A stretch of DNA of 64,000 nucleotides from the NCBI GenBank assembly GCA_963667925.1, contig OY764080.1, positions 2,641,310-2,705,309 of the forward strand, in the 5' to 3' direction. Position numbers and translations under genes: made by a program. The notes beneath the pieces are model-generated. The model was not told where the DNA came from. It did not search any database and saw only the letters and a program-made list of their open reading frames with translations. This DNA comes from Chloroflexota bacterium. Lineage in GTDB: Bacteria; Chloroflexota; UBA11872. How positions within the stretch are numbered: position 1 is the stretch's first letter; every line of letters starts with the position of its first letter. Positions 8,979 through 17,421 of this stretch are shown in pieces.

Positions 8979-10648
8979 CTCGGCAGCAGGTCCTCCGGCC
9001 AGTAATACTGGCCGTGGGCGCCGATGTGCGCCTGGCGACCCTCAGGGGCCAAGTCTCGCAGCCTCACGCGTCGCACCTGGCTGGCGCCGGGGCTGCCGTG
9101 CGCGAATTCGACAGCTTGAGCTTCACTCTCAATTGCGATTGTCTTGCCGTCTGCATCCGTGAAGGCATAGAGCACAGCATCCGGCCCGGCGATGAGCGGC
9201 GGTGCCGTCGTCGGCGCAGCCGTGGGCTGGTCCTCGAACGCGCTGGTGAGCTCTCGCGGCGCTTGGTGCGCTGCCAAGAACTCAAGCAGCTTGTTCTGAA
9301 GCCGTCGTGCCTCGTCCGGATGCGCGTCAACAACATTCCGCTCTTGCGACGGATCATCTTGCAGGTCGTAGAGTTCCGACACGTGACCCCGTGGCGACGC
9401 AATCAACTGCCACCGAGCGTCACTGACGGTCAGCGGTTCCGGCAGGTCCTCGCGCCCGACGAATCCATCGTGGTCAGCGCCTCCGATTTGCCCGCTCGTC
9501 AACAGTCCGGGCGGAAACCGGCCACTGAATGCTGTCTCACGGCCCCACTCGGTTTCCCCGTGAACGAGCGGCAATAGCGATTCACCATCGATCCCGTCCG
9601 GCGGTTCCAGGCCGAAGGCGTCCAGCACCGTCGCAAAGATGTCCACGTGCTGGCAGACCTCGCCGCGGTTCGTACCGGCGCCGACGCCTCCCGGGTGCCG
9701 GATGAACATCGGGCAGCGCACGTTCTGGTCGTACAAGCGTCCAAGCTGGCTGCCCGGCTTGCCTTGCAGGTCGTGATCGCCGAGTCCATGGCCGTGATCG
9801 GTGAGCCAGATCACCAGCGTGTCGTCGGCCAGGCCTAGTGCATCCAGCTTCTCGAACAGGTGGCCGAGCCAACGGTCGGTGTAGGTGCAAAGCGCGGCGT
9901 ACGAGGCGCGCACGTGTGCGCGTTCGTCGTCGGTCATATAGGTCCCACGCCCGTAGGCCGGGTAGATGAGCCAGTCGCCGTCGAAGCCCGGCGCCTCATA
10001 GCGCGCCTGATCCGCGGGCGGCGCATCGAACGGCTCGTGAGGGTCCCACATGTCGATGTAGAGGTAGAAATCCTGGTGAGCCGCGTTGCGTTCCAGCCAA
10101 TCCATGGACTCGAGAATCGACTTGCCAGCCATCCATTCGGCCTCATGCCGCCGATCCAGCACGTTTCGCAGGTAGGCCCTCACACCGCGATGGTTCTTGT
10201 GCTTGTGCGGAGCGCACGGTCGCCAGACCTGCCCGGGGTCGGTGCGCCAACTATCGCCATGCTGGCCACGCACCCGCTCCCAGCCCATGAAACCTCGCTG
10301 GAAGTTGTAGCCGGCGGCCGTAAGGCCCGGCGTATCGTGAATCAACATGCTCGGACGGCCAGCCGAATTCAGGATCTCCGCCAGCGTCAAATCCTCACGC
10401 TCCAACGGTTGCCAGGGACGAGTGGGAAACCCAAAGCGGCCGGTCCACAGGTCGTAGCGGGTGGGGATGGTCGGGTATGAGCCGGCGTAGAAACGGTCGA
10501 AGCGCACGGACTGGCGGGCGAGATCATCCAGGTTCGGTGTATGGATGCGCCCGTGGCCGGTGCCGGGATTGGCCCACGGGGCCTCCAGTCCGTAGGCGCC
10601 AACGTGGTCGCGACGAAACGTGTCGTTCATGATCGTGATCACATTCAT
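8975..10648 (-). CDS. Sulfatase-family (alkaline-phosphatase superfamily, PF00884-like) hydrolase with Thr in the nucleophile position
   Basis: Start is ATG 10648, with AAGGAGAG RBS 6 nt upstream (minus strand). TPNLDDLARQSVRF...SYPTIPTRYDLWTGRF aligns to the sulfatase CSPSRAALLTGRY signature with Cys replaced by Thr. No signal peptide. Confidence 0.75.
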   Translation of the reverse strand: MNVITIMNDTFRRDHVGAYGLEAPWANPGTGHGRIHTPNLDDLARQSVRFDRFYAGSYPTIPTRYDLWTGRFGFPTRPWQPLEREDLTLAEILNSAGRPSMLIHDTPGLTAAGYNFQRGFMGWERVRGQHGDSWRTDPGQVWRPCAPHKHKNHRGVRAYLRNVLDRRHEAEWMAGKSILESMDWLERNAAHQDFYLYIDMWDPHEPFDAPPADQARYEAPGFDGDWLIYPAYGRGTYMTDDERAHVRASYAALCTYTDRWLGHLFEKLDALGLADDTLVIWLTDHGHGLGDHDLQGKPGSQLGRLYDQNVRCPMFIRHPGGVGAGTNRGEVCQHVDIFATVLDAFGLEPPDGIDGESLLPLVHGETEWGRETAFSGRFPPGLLTSGQIGGADHDGFVGREDLPEPLTVSDARWQLIASPRGHVSELYDLQDDPSQERNVVDAHPDEARRLQNKLLEFLAAHQAPRELTSAFEDQPTAAPTTAPPLIAGPDAVLYAFTDADGKTIAIESEAQAVEFAHGSPGASQVRRVRLRDLAPEGRQAHIGAHGQYYWPEDLLPS

Positions 10649-10714
10649 AGCGACCTCTCCTTTTGGCCACACAAGGCCTCGCGGCGCGCGGTGGTTTCCC
10701 TGTAGACCAAGCGC

Positions 10715-10972
10715 TTATTTCTTTGCGCCGGCTTCCTGGCTGGACACCTTGGCCTGATACTGCTCCTGGAGTTTCATCAAGTCTTCGTGGGTGGCGGTCT
10801 TCCCACCACCGCCGGCTCTTGCGCCCCGCACTTCATTGATTGCCCGGTCGCCGCTGATCTTGTAGTCAAAGTCGCCGCCGCAGCCCGCGAGGAGTGCGCC
10901 GACCAGCGCGGCCAGAATCGCTACACGTCCAGTCAGGGCGCCACTGAGGCTTGGCTTTCTGTTCCCAGACAT
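10715..10972 (-). CDS. Small lipoprotein, tandem family member 1
   Basis: 85 aa. Signal peptide with lipobox LLAGC, then GGDFDYKISGDR ... HEDLMKLQEQYQAKV. Confidence 0.6.
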   Translation of the reverse strand: MSGNRKPSLSGALTGRVAILAALVGALLAGCGGDFDYKISGDRAINEVRGARAGGGGKTATHEDLMKLQEQYQAKVSSQEAGAKK

Positions 10973-10993
10973 GGCCGCCTACCCCCGATCGCC

Positions 10994-11254
10994 TTACTTC
11001 TTGCCAGCCTCCGCCTCAAGCTTAGCCTTGTATTGCTCCTGGATGCTCATGAGGTTCTCGTGCGACGCGGTTGACGCTCCGCTGAATTGCCCGGTGTTGG
11101 CACGAGTCTCGCCCTGAAGGCGGTCGCCGCTGGTCTTGTAGTCGAAATCACCTCCACAACTCGCGACGAGCGAGGCAATCACGGCCGCCGCAAGCAATGC
11201 CCCAACCCTACGAAGCCTGCGACGGACGTACGGCTGCACCTGGCGCATCGTCAC
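10994..11254 (-). CDS. Small lipoprotein, tandem family member 2
   Basis: 86 aa. LVASCGGDFDYKTSGDR ... SHENLMSIQEQYKAKLEAEAGKK. Confidence 0.6.
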   Translation of the reverse strand: MTMRQVQPYVRRRLRRVGALLAAAVIASLVASCGGDFDYKTSGDRLQGETRANTGQFSGASTASHENLMSIQEQYKAKLEAEAGKK

Positions 11255-11271
11255 AATGGCATCCCTTCCTC

Positions 11272-11553
11272 CTACCGCTGCCCAGTCTCGGCCTTCAGCT
11301 TGGCCTGGTACTGCTCCTGGATGCTCTTCATTTTCTCGTCGGAGGCCGTGGATGCTCCGCCCAGGCCAGCTGCGTCCGGGTTGTTGAACTCGCTGGGACC
11401 AACGTTCTCCTCGCTCGTCCGGTCACCGCTGGTCTTGAATTCGAAATCCCCGCCGCAGCCCGCCAGCAGCGAGGCGGCCACGAGCGCCAAGAGGGGCGCC
11501 CGACGAAGCCATCGCCAGAGGCGCTGCAGTGTGGCTGGCTGACGCACGATCAA
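11272..11553 (-). CDS. Small lipoprotein, tandem family member 3
   Basis: 93 aa. LLAGCGGDFEFKTSGDR ... SDEKMKSIQEQYQAKLKAETGQR. Confidence 0.6.
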   Translation of the reverse strand: MIVRQPATLQRLWRWLRRAPLLALVAASLLAGCGGDFEFKTSGDRTSEENVGPSEFNNPDAAGLGGASTASDEKMKSIQEQYQAKLKAETGQR

Positions 11554-11571
11554 ACGGCCCCCTAGTCTGAC

Positions 11572-11826
11572 CTACTTCTGCCCACTCTCGGCCTTCACTT
11601 TAGCCTGATACTGCTCCTGAATGCTTAGCAAATTTTCATGAGACGTTGTCGAGGCGCCGTCAAAGTCCGAAATCCCACCCCGATCTTCGCCGTCGATTCG
11701 GTCGCCGCTGGTCTTGTATTCGAAGTCCCCGCCGCAGCCTGCCAGCAACGAGCCGACGACGAGCGCCAAAAGGGGCGCGCCACGAAGACATCGCCAGAGG
11801 CGCTGCCACACGTGAGGTTGGCGCAT
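11572..11826 (-). CDS. Small lipoprotein, tandem family member 4
   Basis: 84 aa. LLAGCGGDFEYKTSGDRIDGEDRGG ... SHENLLSIQEQYQAKVKAESGQK. Confidence 0.6.
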   Translation of the reverse strand: MRQPHVWQRLWRCLRGAPLLALVVGSLLAGCGGDFEYKTSGDRIDGEDRGGISDFDGASTTSHENLLSIQEQYQAKVKAESGQK

Positions 11827-11850
11827 TACCCAACGCCTCCCATGTCGGAC

Positions 11851-12090
11851 TTACTTCTGGCCACTTTCGGCCTTCACCTTTGCTTGATACTGCTCCTGGA
11901 TACTCAACAGATTCTCGTGAGAAGTCGTCGAGGCGCCATCCCAGTCAGCAATCCCGCTCCGGTCTCCGCCGTCGATGCGGTCACCGCTGGTCTTGTATTC
12001 AAAGTCGCCACCACACGCCGCCAGCAGCCCGGCGAACAGTCCTACAGCCACCGCAGCACACCCTCGCCTGATTGACGAACTGCCAAGCAT
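11851..12090 (-). CDS. Small lipoprotein, tandem family member 5
   Basis: 79 aa. The mature region is near-identical to member 4 (CGGDFEYKTSGDRIDGGDRSG...SHENLLSIQEQYQAKVKAESGQK). Confidence 0.6.
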   Translation of the reverse strand: MLGSSSIRRGCAAVAVGLFAGLLAACGGDFEYKTSGDRIDGGDRSGIADWDGASTTSHENLLSIQEQYQAKVKAESGQK

Positions 12091-12176
12091 CTACCCCACC
12101 TACGGCTCGCGGCAACTGGCTCCGGCCCGATGCTGGACCGTTTCGAGGCTCCGCGATCCACATATCACCGTACAGC

Positions 12177-12209
12177 ATTCGGGCGCGGTCTTGCAGACCG
12201 CGCCCGAAT
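12177..12209. terminator. Hairpin attcgggcgcggtct-tgc-agaccgcgcccgaat downstream of SBP gene 12246-13760 (a copy of the 13854-13886 hairpin)
   Basis: 14-bp perfect stem; no clean U-tract on the minus strand, so it could also be a protein-binding palindrome. Confidence 0.5.
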
Positions 12210-12245
12210 GCTTGTACTCCGTTTTGGCGCTGACGACCTAACCGA

Positions 12246-13760
12246 CTAGGCCGTGCGCCCCCAGCGCTCGATACGCTGGTTCAGCAAGTCCAGGTCCTGC
12301 TGAAGGATGCGGTCACCCTCGGTTACGGCGTTTTCGATGGCCTCTTCCACCGATGCGTCGCCGGTCATGGCCGTGTGAGCAATCCCGCGCCAGGCCAACC
12401 ACTCCAGCTGGTTGGGGTGGTAGCCCTGCCAGGTCCGGAACTCGCCGCGCACGAAGGTGGCCAGCAGGTCCTGCCGCTCTGGCGGGGCCGCCAGGTTCTC
12501 CGGCGACTCCAGTGCGTCCCACCGGCAGGGCAGGAAACCACGGTCAATCGCGGCCCGCGCCTGCATCTCGGGGCCCGCCATCCAGACGAGGAAGTCTACG
12601 GCTGCCTCAACCACGCCCTGGCGTTGCGCCGAGTCGAGCACGTAGTGCCCCTGGTTGGTGCGGTGTACGGCCACCGTGCCAGTCACGTCACCCTTCGGCT
12701 GCGGCGCCAGCGACCAGCGGAAGCGGTCGCCGATGCCGATCACGGCGTTGCCCTTGGCGTCGCCGCGGCGCAACTCGGCCCCCACCTTGCCGGCCGTGAA
12801 GAGGTCGCCAAACTCACCCGCCAACTCGCGCTGCGCATCGGTCGGCGCCGAGACCTCGTGCTTGTGAATGAGGTCGACCCCGAACTTGAAGCCCTGATCG
12901 CCACCGTCGTCAAACTGACTGGTGTGCGTGCCGTCAGGCGAGATGAACTGCTTGCCACCGAAGCCCCAGGCAATCGGCGTCCAGAAGTGGATGTCGCCAC
13001 CACCTGAGATTCGGGTACCCCAGATTCCGTTGTCCGGGTCGGTGGACTGCTTGGCCGCCTCGAGCCACTCGTTGCTGTAGGTCCAATCGGCCGACGGCTC
13101 GGGCACGCCGTACTGTTCATACAGATCAATGTTGTAGTAGTGACCGCTCACGTTGCCCTGGTAGGGAAGGCCGAAGGCAGCACCCTGCCACGTGTCCACG
13201 AACGGGTAGTCGAGATCGTAGTTGACCGTGTAGGAGTCCGGCTCGAAAATCTGCTCGGCCCCATCAAAGGTGGGGTGTCGGTCCAGCACGTCGTTGATCT
13301 GGGTAAACGATTCCTGGTGGGCGCCGAAGAAGCTCCACTCGAGCAGAGCAGCGGCCGGCGCGCTACCCGCCGCGATGCGAATCGCGAACGTCTCGTAGAA
13401 CAGGTCGGCCTGCGGTGTGAACTTGATCCTGATATCGGGCCGTGCCTTCGCGAAGTTGGCGAGCGCCCAGGTGGTCGACTTGCCGCGCACGCCAGAGACG
13501 TGGTCGCTGATGAACTCGAACTCCACCGTCTTGGACTGAGGCGCCGCCATCGCCTGTGTGGCGACCTTCTCAGCAGCGACCGGAGCTTCCTTGGTCACCG
13601 CTTTGACGACTTCCTCTTGAACCGCCTGCGTGACGCTCTTCTCGACGGCCTCAGTCTCGCCACAAGCAGCCAACGTGGCCGCGCCCGCGGCGCCGATGCC
13701 AAGTGCCGAAGTCACCTTGAGGAATCGCCGTCTCGATATGTTCAGGATCATTTGCCTCAA
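12246..13760 (-). CDS. ABC transporter substrate-binding lipoprotein (TAT signal), paralog A
   Basis: 504 aa. SRRRFLK TAT motif plus lipobox LAAC. FEFISDHVSGVRGKSTTWALANF core is ~75% identical to the adjacent paralog. No permease genes adjacent. Confidence 0.8.
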   Translation of the reverse strand: MRQMILNISRRRFLKVTSALGIGAAGAATLAACGETEAVEKSVTQAVQEEVVKAVTKEAPVAAEKVATQAMAAPQSKTVEFEFISDHVSGVRGKSTTWALANFAKARPDIRIKFTPQADLFYETFAIRIAAGSAPAAALLEWSFFGAHQESFTQINDVLDRHPTFDGAEQIFEPDSYTVNYDLDYPFVDTWQGAAFGLPYQGNVSGHYYNIDLYEQYGVPEPSADWTYSNEWLEAAKQSTDPDNGIWGTRISGGGDIHFWTPIAWGFGGKQFISPDGTHTSQFDDGGDQGFKFGVDLIHKHEVSAPTDAQRELAGEFGDLFTAGKVGAELRRGDAKGNAVIGIGDRFRWSLAPQPKGDVTGTVAVHRTNQGHYVLDSAQRQGVVEAAVDFLVWMAGPEMQARAAIDRGFLPCRWDALESPENLAAPPERQDLLATFVRGEFRTWQGYHPNQLEWLAWRGIAHTAMTGDASVEEAIENAVTEGDRILQQDLDLLNQRIERWGRTA

Positions 13761-13853
13761 CCCTCCCTGCGTGTCAGACCGAATACGTAACAGCGCTTCG
13801 AGCTCAAACTATATAACAACGAATGAGGCCCAGCGAAGTTGCGTTATGACAGC

Positions 13854-13886
13854 ATTCGGGCGCGGTCTACAAGACCGCGCCCGAAT
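13854..13886. terminator. Hairpin attcgggcgcggtct-acaag-agaccgcgcccgaat downstream of SBP gene 13925-15469
   Basis: Perfect inverted repeat; its stem is identical to the copy at 12177-12209. Confidence 0.5.
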
Positions 13887-13924
13887 AGCCGTGCGCCGCG
13901 TAGGCGCTTACGACGAACGAATAA

Positions 13925-15469
13925 CTAAGCCGTACGTCCCCAGCGCTCGATGCGCTTGTTCAGCAAGTCCACGTCCTGACGAAGGATTCGGTCGCCTTCG
14001 TTCACGGCGCTCTCGATGGCCTCTTCAACCGACGCCTCGCCGGTCATGGCCAAGTGGGCTCGACCGCGCCAGGCCAACCACTCGCGCTGGTTGGGGTGGT
14101 ACCCCTGCCAGGTGCGGAACTCGCCGCGCACGAAGCTAACCAACAGATCTTGCCGCTCGGGTGGGGCCGCCAGGTTCTCCGGCGACTCCAGCGCGTCCCA
14201 GCGGCAGGGCAGGAAGCCACGGTCGGTGGCCGCGCGTGCCTGCATCTTGGGACCCGCCATCCAGACCAGGAAGTCCACGACTGGCTCAACCACGCCTTGT
14301 CGTCGCGCCGAGTCAATGACGTAGTGCCCCTGGTTGGTGCGGTGCACGGCCACGGTGCCGGTGACGTCACCCTTCGGCTGCGGCGCCAGCGCCCAGCGGA
14401 AGCGGTCGCCAATGCTGATCACCGCGTTGCCCTTGGCGTCACCGCGCCGCAACTCGGCGCCGATCTTGCCGGCCGAAAAAGCGTCGCCGAACTCGCCCGC
14501 CAGCTCGCGCTGTGCGTCCGTCGCCGGCGAGACGCCGTGCTTGTGGATGAGATCCACCGCGAACTGGAAGCCTTGGTCGCCGCCGTTGTCGAAGTGCTCG
14601 GTGTGGGTGCCGTCGGACGAAATGAACTGCTTGGCGCCGAAGCCCCAGCTAATCGGCGTCCAGTAGTGAATGTCGCCGCCGCCGCCGATCCGGGTGCCGT
14701 AAATCTCGTTGTCCGGGTCGGTCGCCTGCTTGGCGGCGTCCAGCCACTCGTTGCTGTACGTCCAGTCAGCGGACGGCTCGGGCACGCCGTACTGGTCGTA
14801 CAGGTCAATGTTGTAGTAGTGGCCGCTGACGTTGCCCTGATAGGGCAGACCGAAGGCGTGCCCCTGGAACGAGTCCACGAACGGCCAGGTCGTGTCGTAA
14901 TTGATCGTGTAGGAGTCGGGCTCGTAGATCAGGTCAGCCCCGTCGAAGTCGGCGTGGCGGTCCAGCACGTCGTTGATCTGGACGAACGAGTCTTGATGGG
15001 ATCCAAAGAATCCCCAACTCAACAAGGCCGCAGCCGGGGCGCTGCCCGCCGCGATGCGAATGCCGAACGAGTCGTCAAAGCCCCCGCCCTGCGGCGTGAA
15101 CTTGATCTTGATGTCCGGCCGTTCCGCCTGGAAGTTGGCCAAAGCCCAGGTGGTGGACTTGCCACGCACGCCCGAGACGTGGTCGCTGACGAATTCGAAC
15201 TCAACGGTCGTGCTGGCCGGCGTCATGGCGGGTGCCGCCGTGACCACCTTCTGGACGACGACCTCGACTTCCTTGGTCACCTCTTTGATGACTTCTTCTT
15301 CGACAATCTGCGTCACGATCTTCTCGACGACCTGCGTCTCACCGCAGGCTGCCAGCGTGGCCGCACCCGCGACGCCGACACCGAGCGCCGAACTCGCCTT
15401 TAGAAATCGCCGTCGTGTCAGATCTCGAGCCATCTGCCTCATCCTTCCCTCAGTACGCCAACCCGCCAA
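13925..15469 (-). CDS. ABC transporter substrate-binding lipoprotein (TAT signal), paralog B
   Basis: 514 aa. TRRRFLK plus LAAC lipobox; tandem duplicate of 12246-13760. Confidence 0.8.
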   Translation of the reverse strand: MAGWRTEGRMRQMARDLTRRRFLKASSALGVGVAGAATLAACGETQVVEKIVTQIVEEEVIKEVTKEVEVVVQKVVTAAPAMTPASTTVEFEFVSDHVSGVRGKSTTWALANFQAERPDIKIKFTPQGGGFDDSFGIRIAAGSAPAAALLSWGFFGSHQDSFVQINDVLDRHADFDGADLIYEPDSYTINYDTTWPFVDSFQGHAFGLPYQGNVSGHYYNIDLYDQYGVPEPSADWTYSNEWLDAAKQATDPDNEIYGTRIGGGGDIHYWTPISWGFGAKQFISSDGTHTEHFDNGGDQGFQFAVDLIHKHGVSPATDAQRELAGEFGDAFSAGKIGAELRRGDAKGNAVISIGDRFRWALAPQPKGDVTGTVAVHRTNQGHYVIDSARRQGVVEPVVDFLVWMAGPKMQARAATDRGFLPCRWDALESPENLAAPPERQDLLVSFVRGEFRTWQGYHPNQREWLAWRGRAHLAMTGEASVEEAIESAVNEGDRILRQDVDLLNKRIERWGRTA

Positions 15470-15613
15470 GGCGGGATCAACGGCGTAGTCTATACCAATG
15501 GCGAATATCTGCCCACCGACCTCGGCGGTGAAGCGGCTAAAGAGCGCCCCGGGTCAGCAGGTGCGACTGCCTGACCTGCCAGTCCCCGGCACGACCGGAC
15601 GGACGAATCGCCG

Positions 15614-16552
15614 CTACGACGTCTCGGCTAGCCGCATGCGGCTTCGTGCATCAAGGTAGGGCTCGCCAGCGGCCCGCACGTTCGGCGCGATCTCCGTCAC
15701 TGCGGAAAGGCCCACAATGCAGGTCGAGACCTCGGGATGCCCAAGCACGTACTTGATGGCCGTATCGGTCGGCGGTTCGTCGCGAAGATCGGCGAGGGCC
15801 TCCAGGCGCTCTGCCACAGCGGCGTCGGCAGCTACTCGTGCCGGGTCGTGAAAGTGCCGCCAGTCGCCGGCATACAGCGCCTGCCGTTGCTCCGAGGTCA
15901 GGATCAGGTTGCCGCTCGCGAACGGGCTGCGAGCCAAGACTCCGGCGCCTGACGCCGCCGCGACGGGGAAGAGCTCCTCGGCGGCCTGCGGACTGGCCGC
16001 GTTGAACGGCGTCTCCACGACCTGTGCACCCCAGCGCCTGACAGCCTCGGCGACGACTGACGGACTCGACGAGACTCCCCAGGCGCGGATCTCTCCTCGA
16101 TCCTGAAGGCGGCGGAGTTCGGCAAATGGCTCTTCGTGCATCACGACTTCCATGGGCGGATCATGAAGCAGGTAGACGTCTATGTAGTCAGTCTGAAGCC
16201 GTTGCCGCGAGAGTTCGCAGGCTCGGCGGATCGAGGTTGCCCGGTAATCCTGCGGCTGCTCGTCGAGCAGCATTTGGGCGCCATCGACGCCTGGAAGGTA
16301 TCCCGTCTTGGTAATGAACGTGACCTCGTCACGTCGATCTCGCAGAGCGTGACCGAGGATCACCTCACTGCGGCCGTTGCCGTAGGCTTCCGCGGTATCG
16401 AACGCGGTGATTCCAGCGTCGGCCACAGCCCGCACCAGGTCCACAGCCTCCGGTGCGGGCATCGGTCCCCAGGCCAGCCCACCGATTTCCCAGCATCCCA
16501 TGGTGAGGGCGCTGACTTGTATCCCTGTGGTGCCTAGCGGTCGACTATTCAC
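15614..16552 (-). CDS. Aldo/keto reductase
   Basis: 312 aa. AKR N-terminus (GTTGIQVSALTMGCWEIGG) and family-typical length. Confidence 0.85.
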   Translation of the reverse strand: MNSRPLGTTGIQVSALTMGCWEIGGLAWGPMPAPEAVDLVRAVADAGITAFDTAEAYGNGRSEVILGHALRDRRDEVTFITKTGYLPGVDGAQMLLDEQPQDYRATSIRRACELSRQRLQTDYIDVYLLHDPPMEVVMHEEPFAELRRLQDRGEIRAWGVSSSPSVVAEAVRRWGAQVVETPFNAASPQAAEELFPVAAASGAGVLARSPFASGNLILTSEQRQALYAGDWRHFHDPARVAADAAVAERLEALADLRDEPPTDTAIKYVLGHPEVSTCIVGLSAVTEIAPNVRAAGEPYLDARSRMRLAETS

Positions 16553-16570
16553 AGCGGTCTCCTTACAGAG

Positions 16571-17359
16571 TCACGCGACAAATCGCTCCACCCAACGCAT
16601 GAGGTCATCGCCGACGGATTGCCAGCCCGGTTCGAGATTCGGCATATGCCCGCGTCCTTGATAGAAGGTTGGGATCACGCGGTACCTCGAGGCAATTCGA
16701 CGCGTGACCCACGGGACGATTACGGGATCCTCATCGCCCGCACCGACGAAGACCGGACACCGGATCTGAGACGCCCTGACGATTGGCGGCCAAAACGCCA
16801 ACTGTCGAGCAAGGCGGCGTGGCTCCGGCACACGGCGAGCCGTCAAAAGGGTTCGCTGCTCCTCATTGAGATGTTCAAGAAAAGCGTCATCGGCAAACGG
16901 GTGCATTGGGTCGGATCTGAAAGGTCGGCCAAAGCAGTTGCGGATACCGGTCGTCAGAAGCGAAAGGCGAGGAATGACAGGTATGCCAAATGGCGGAGCA
17001 CTGGACAGAAGTATGAGACCGGCGGGATCGGTCATGGTGGCGGCGATCTGAGCAATCAGGCCACCCATGCTCTGCCCGACGAGTACCGGGGCGTCCAACT
17101 CGCGCACTGCCGCGGCTACGTCTTCCGCGTAGTCCTTAAGGCCCAAGCCTTCAAGCTGCCCATGATCCGATCCTGGCTGGTGATGCCTCAGCCACACCGC
17201 GTAAGACTCGTATCCCTGCGAGGCAAGATACGCGCCGAATTGCTCCCAGACGTGCGCACCCACCCAGATGCCGTGAATGGCCAATACTGTCTGAGGCGCC
17301 TTGAGATCGGTTGTTTGCCAGTGCAGCGCCCGAAGCGGACCGAGGTTGACCGTTCGCAT
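16571..17359 (-). CDS. Alpha/beta-fold hydrolase
   Basis: 262 aa. Nucleophile elbow GQSMGG, with HG oxyanion motif upstream. Confidence 0.75.
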   Translation of the reverse strand: MRTVNLGPLRALHWQTTDLKAPQTVLAIHGIWVGAHVWEQFGAYLASQGYESYAVWLRHHQPGSDHGQLEGLGLKDYAEDVAAAVRELDAPVLVGQSMGGLIAQIAATMTDPAGLILLSSAPPFGIPVIPRLSLLTTGIRNCFGRPFRSDPMHPFADDAFLEHLNEEQRTLLTARRVPEPRRLARQLAFWPPIVRASQIRCPVFVGAGDEDPVIVPWVTRRIASRYRVIPTFYQGRGHMPNLEPGWQSVGDDLMRWVERFVA

Positions 17360-17421
17360 CTGGTATATGTTACGGAGCGCTTCAGCGTTGGGGGCCTCGA
17401 CTGCCGGGCAATGTTTCAGCC

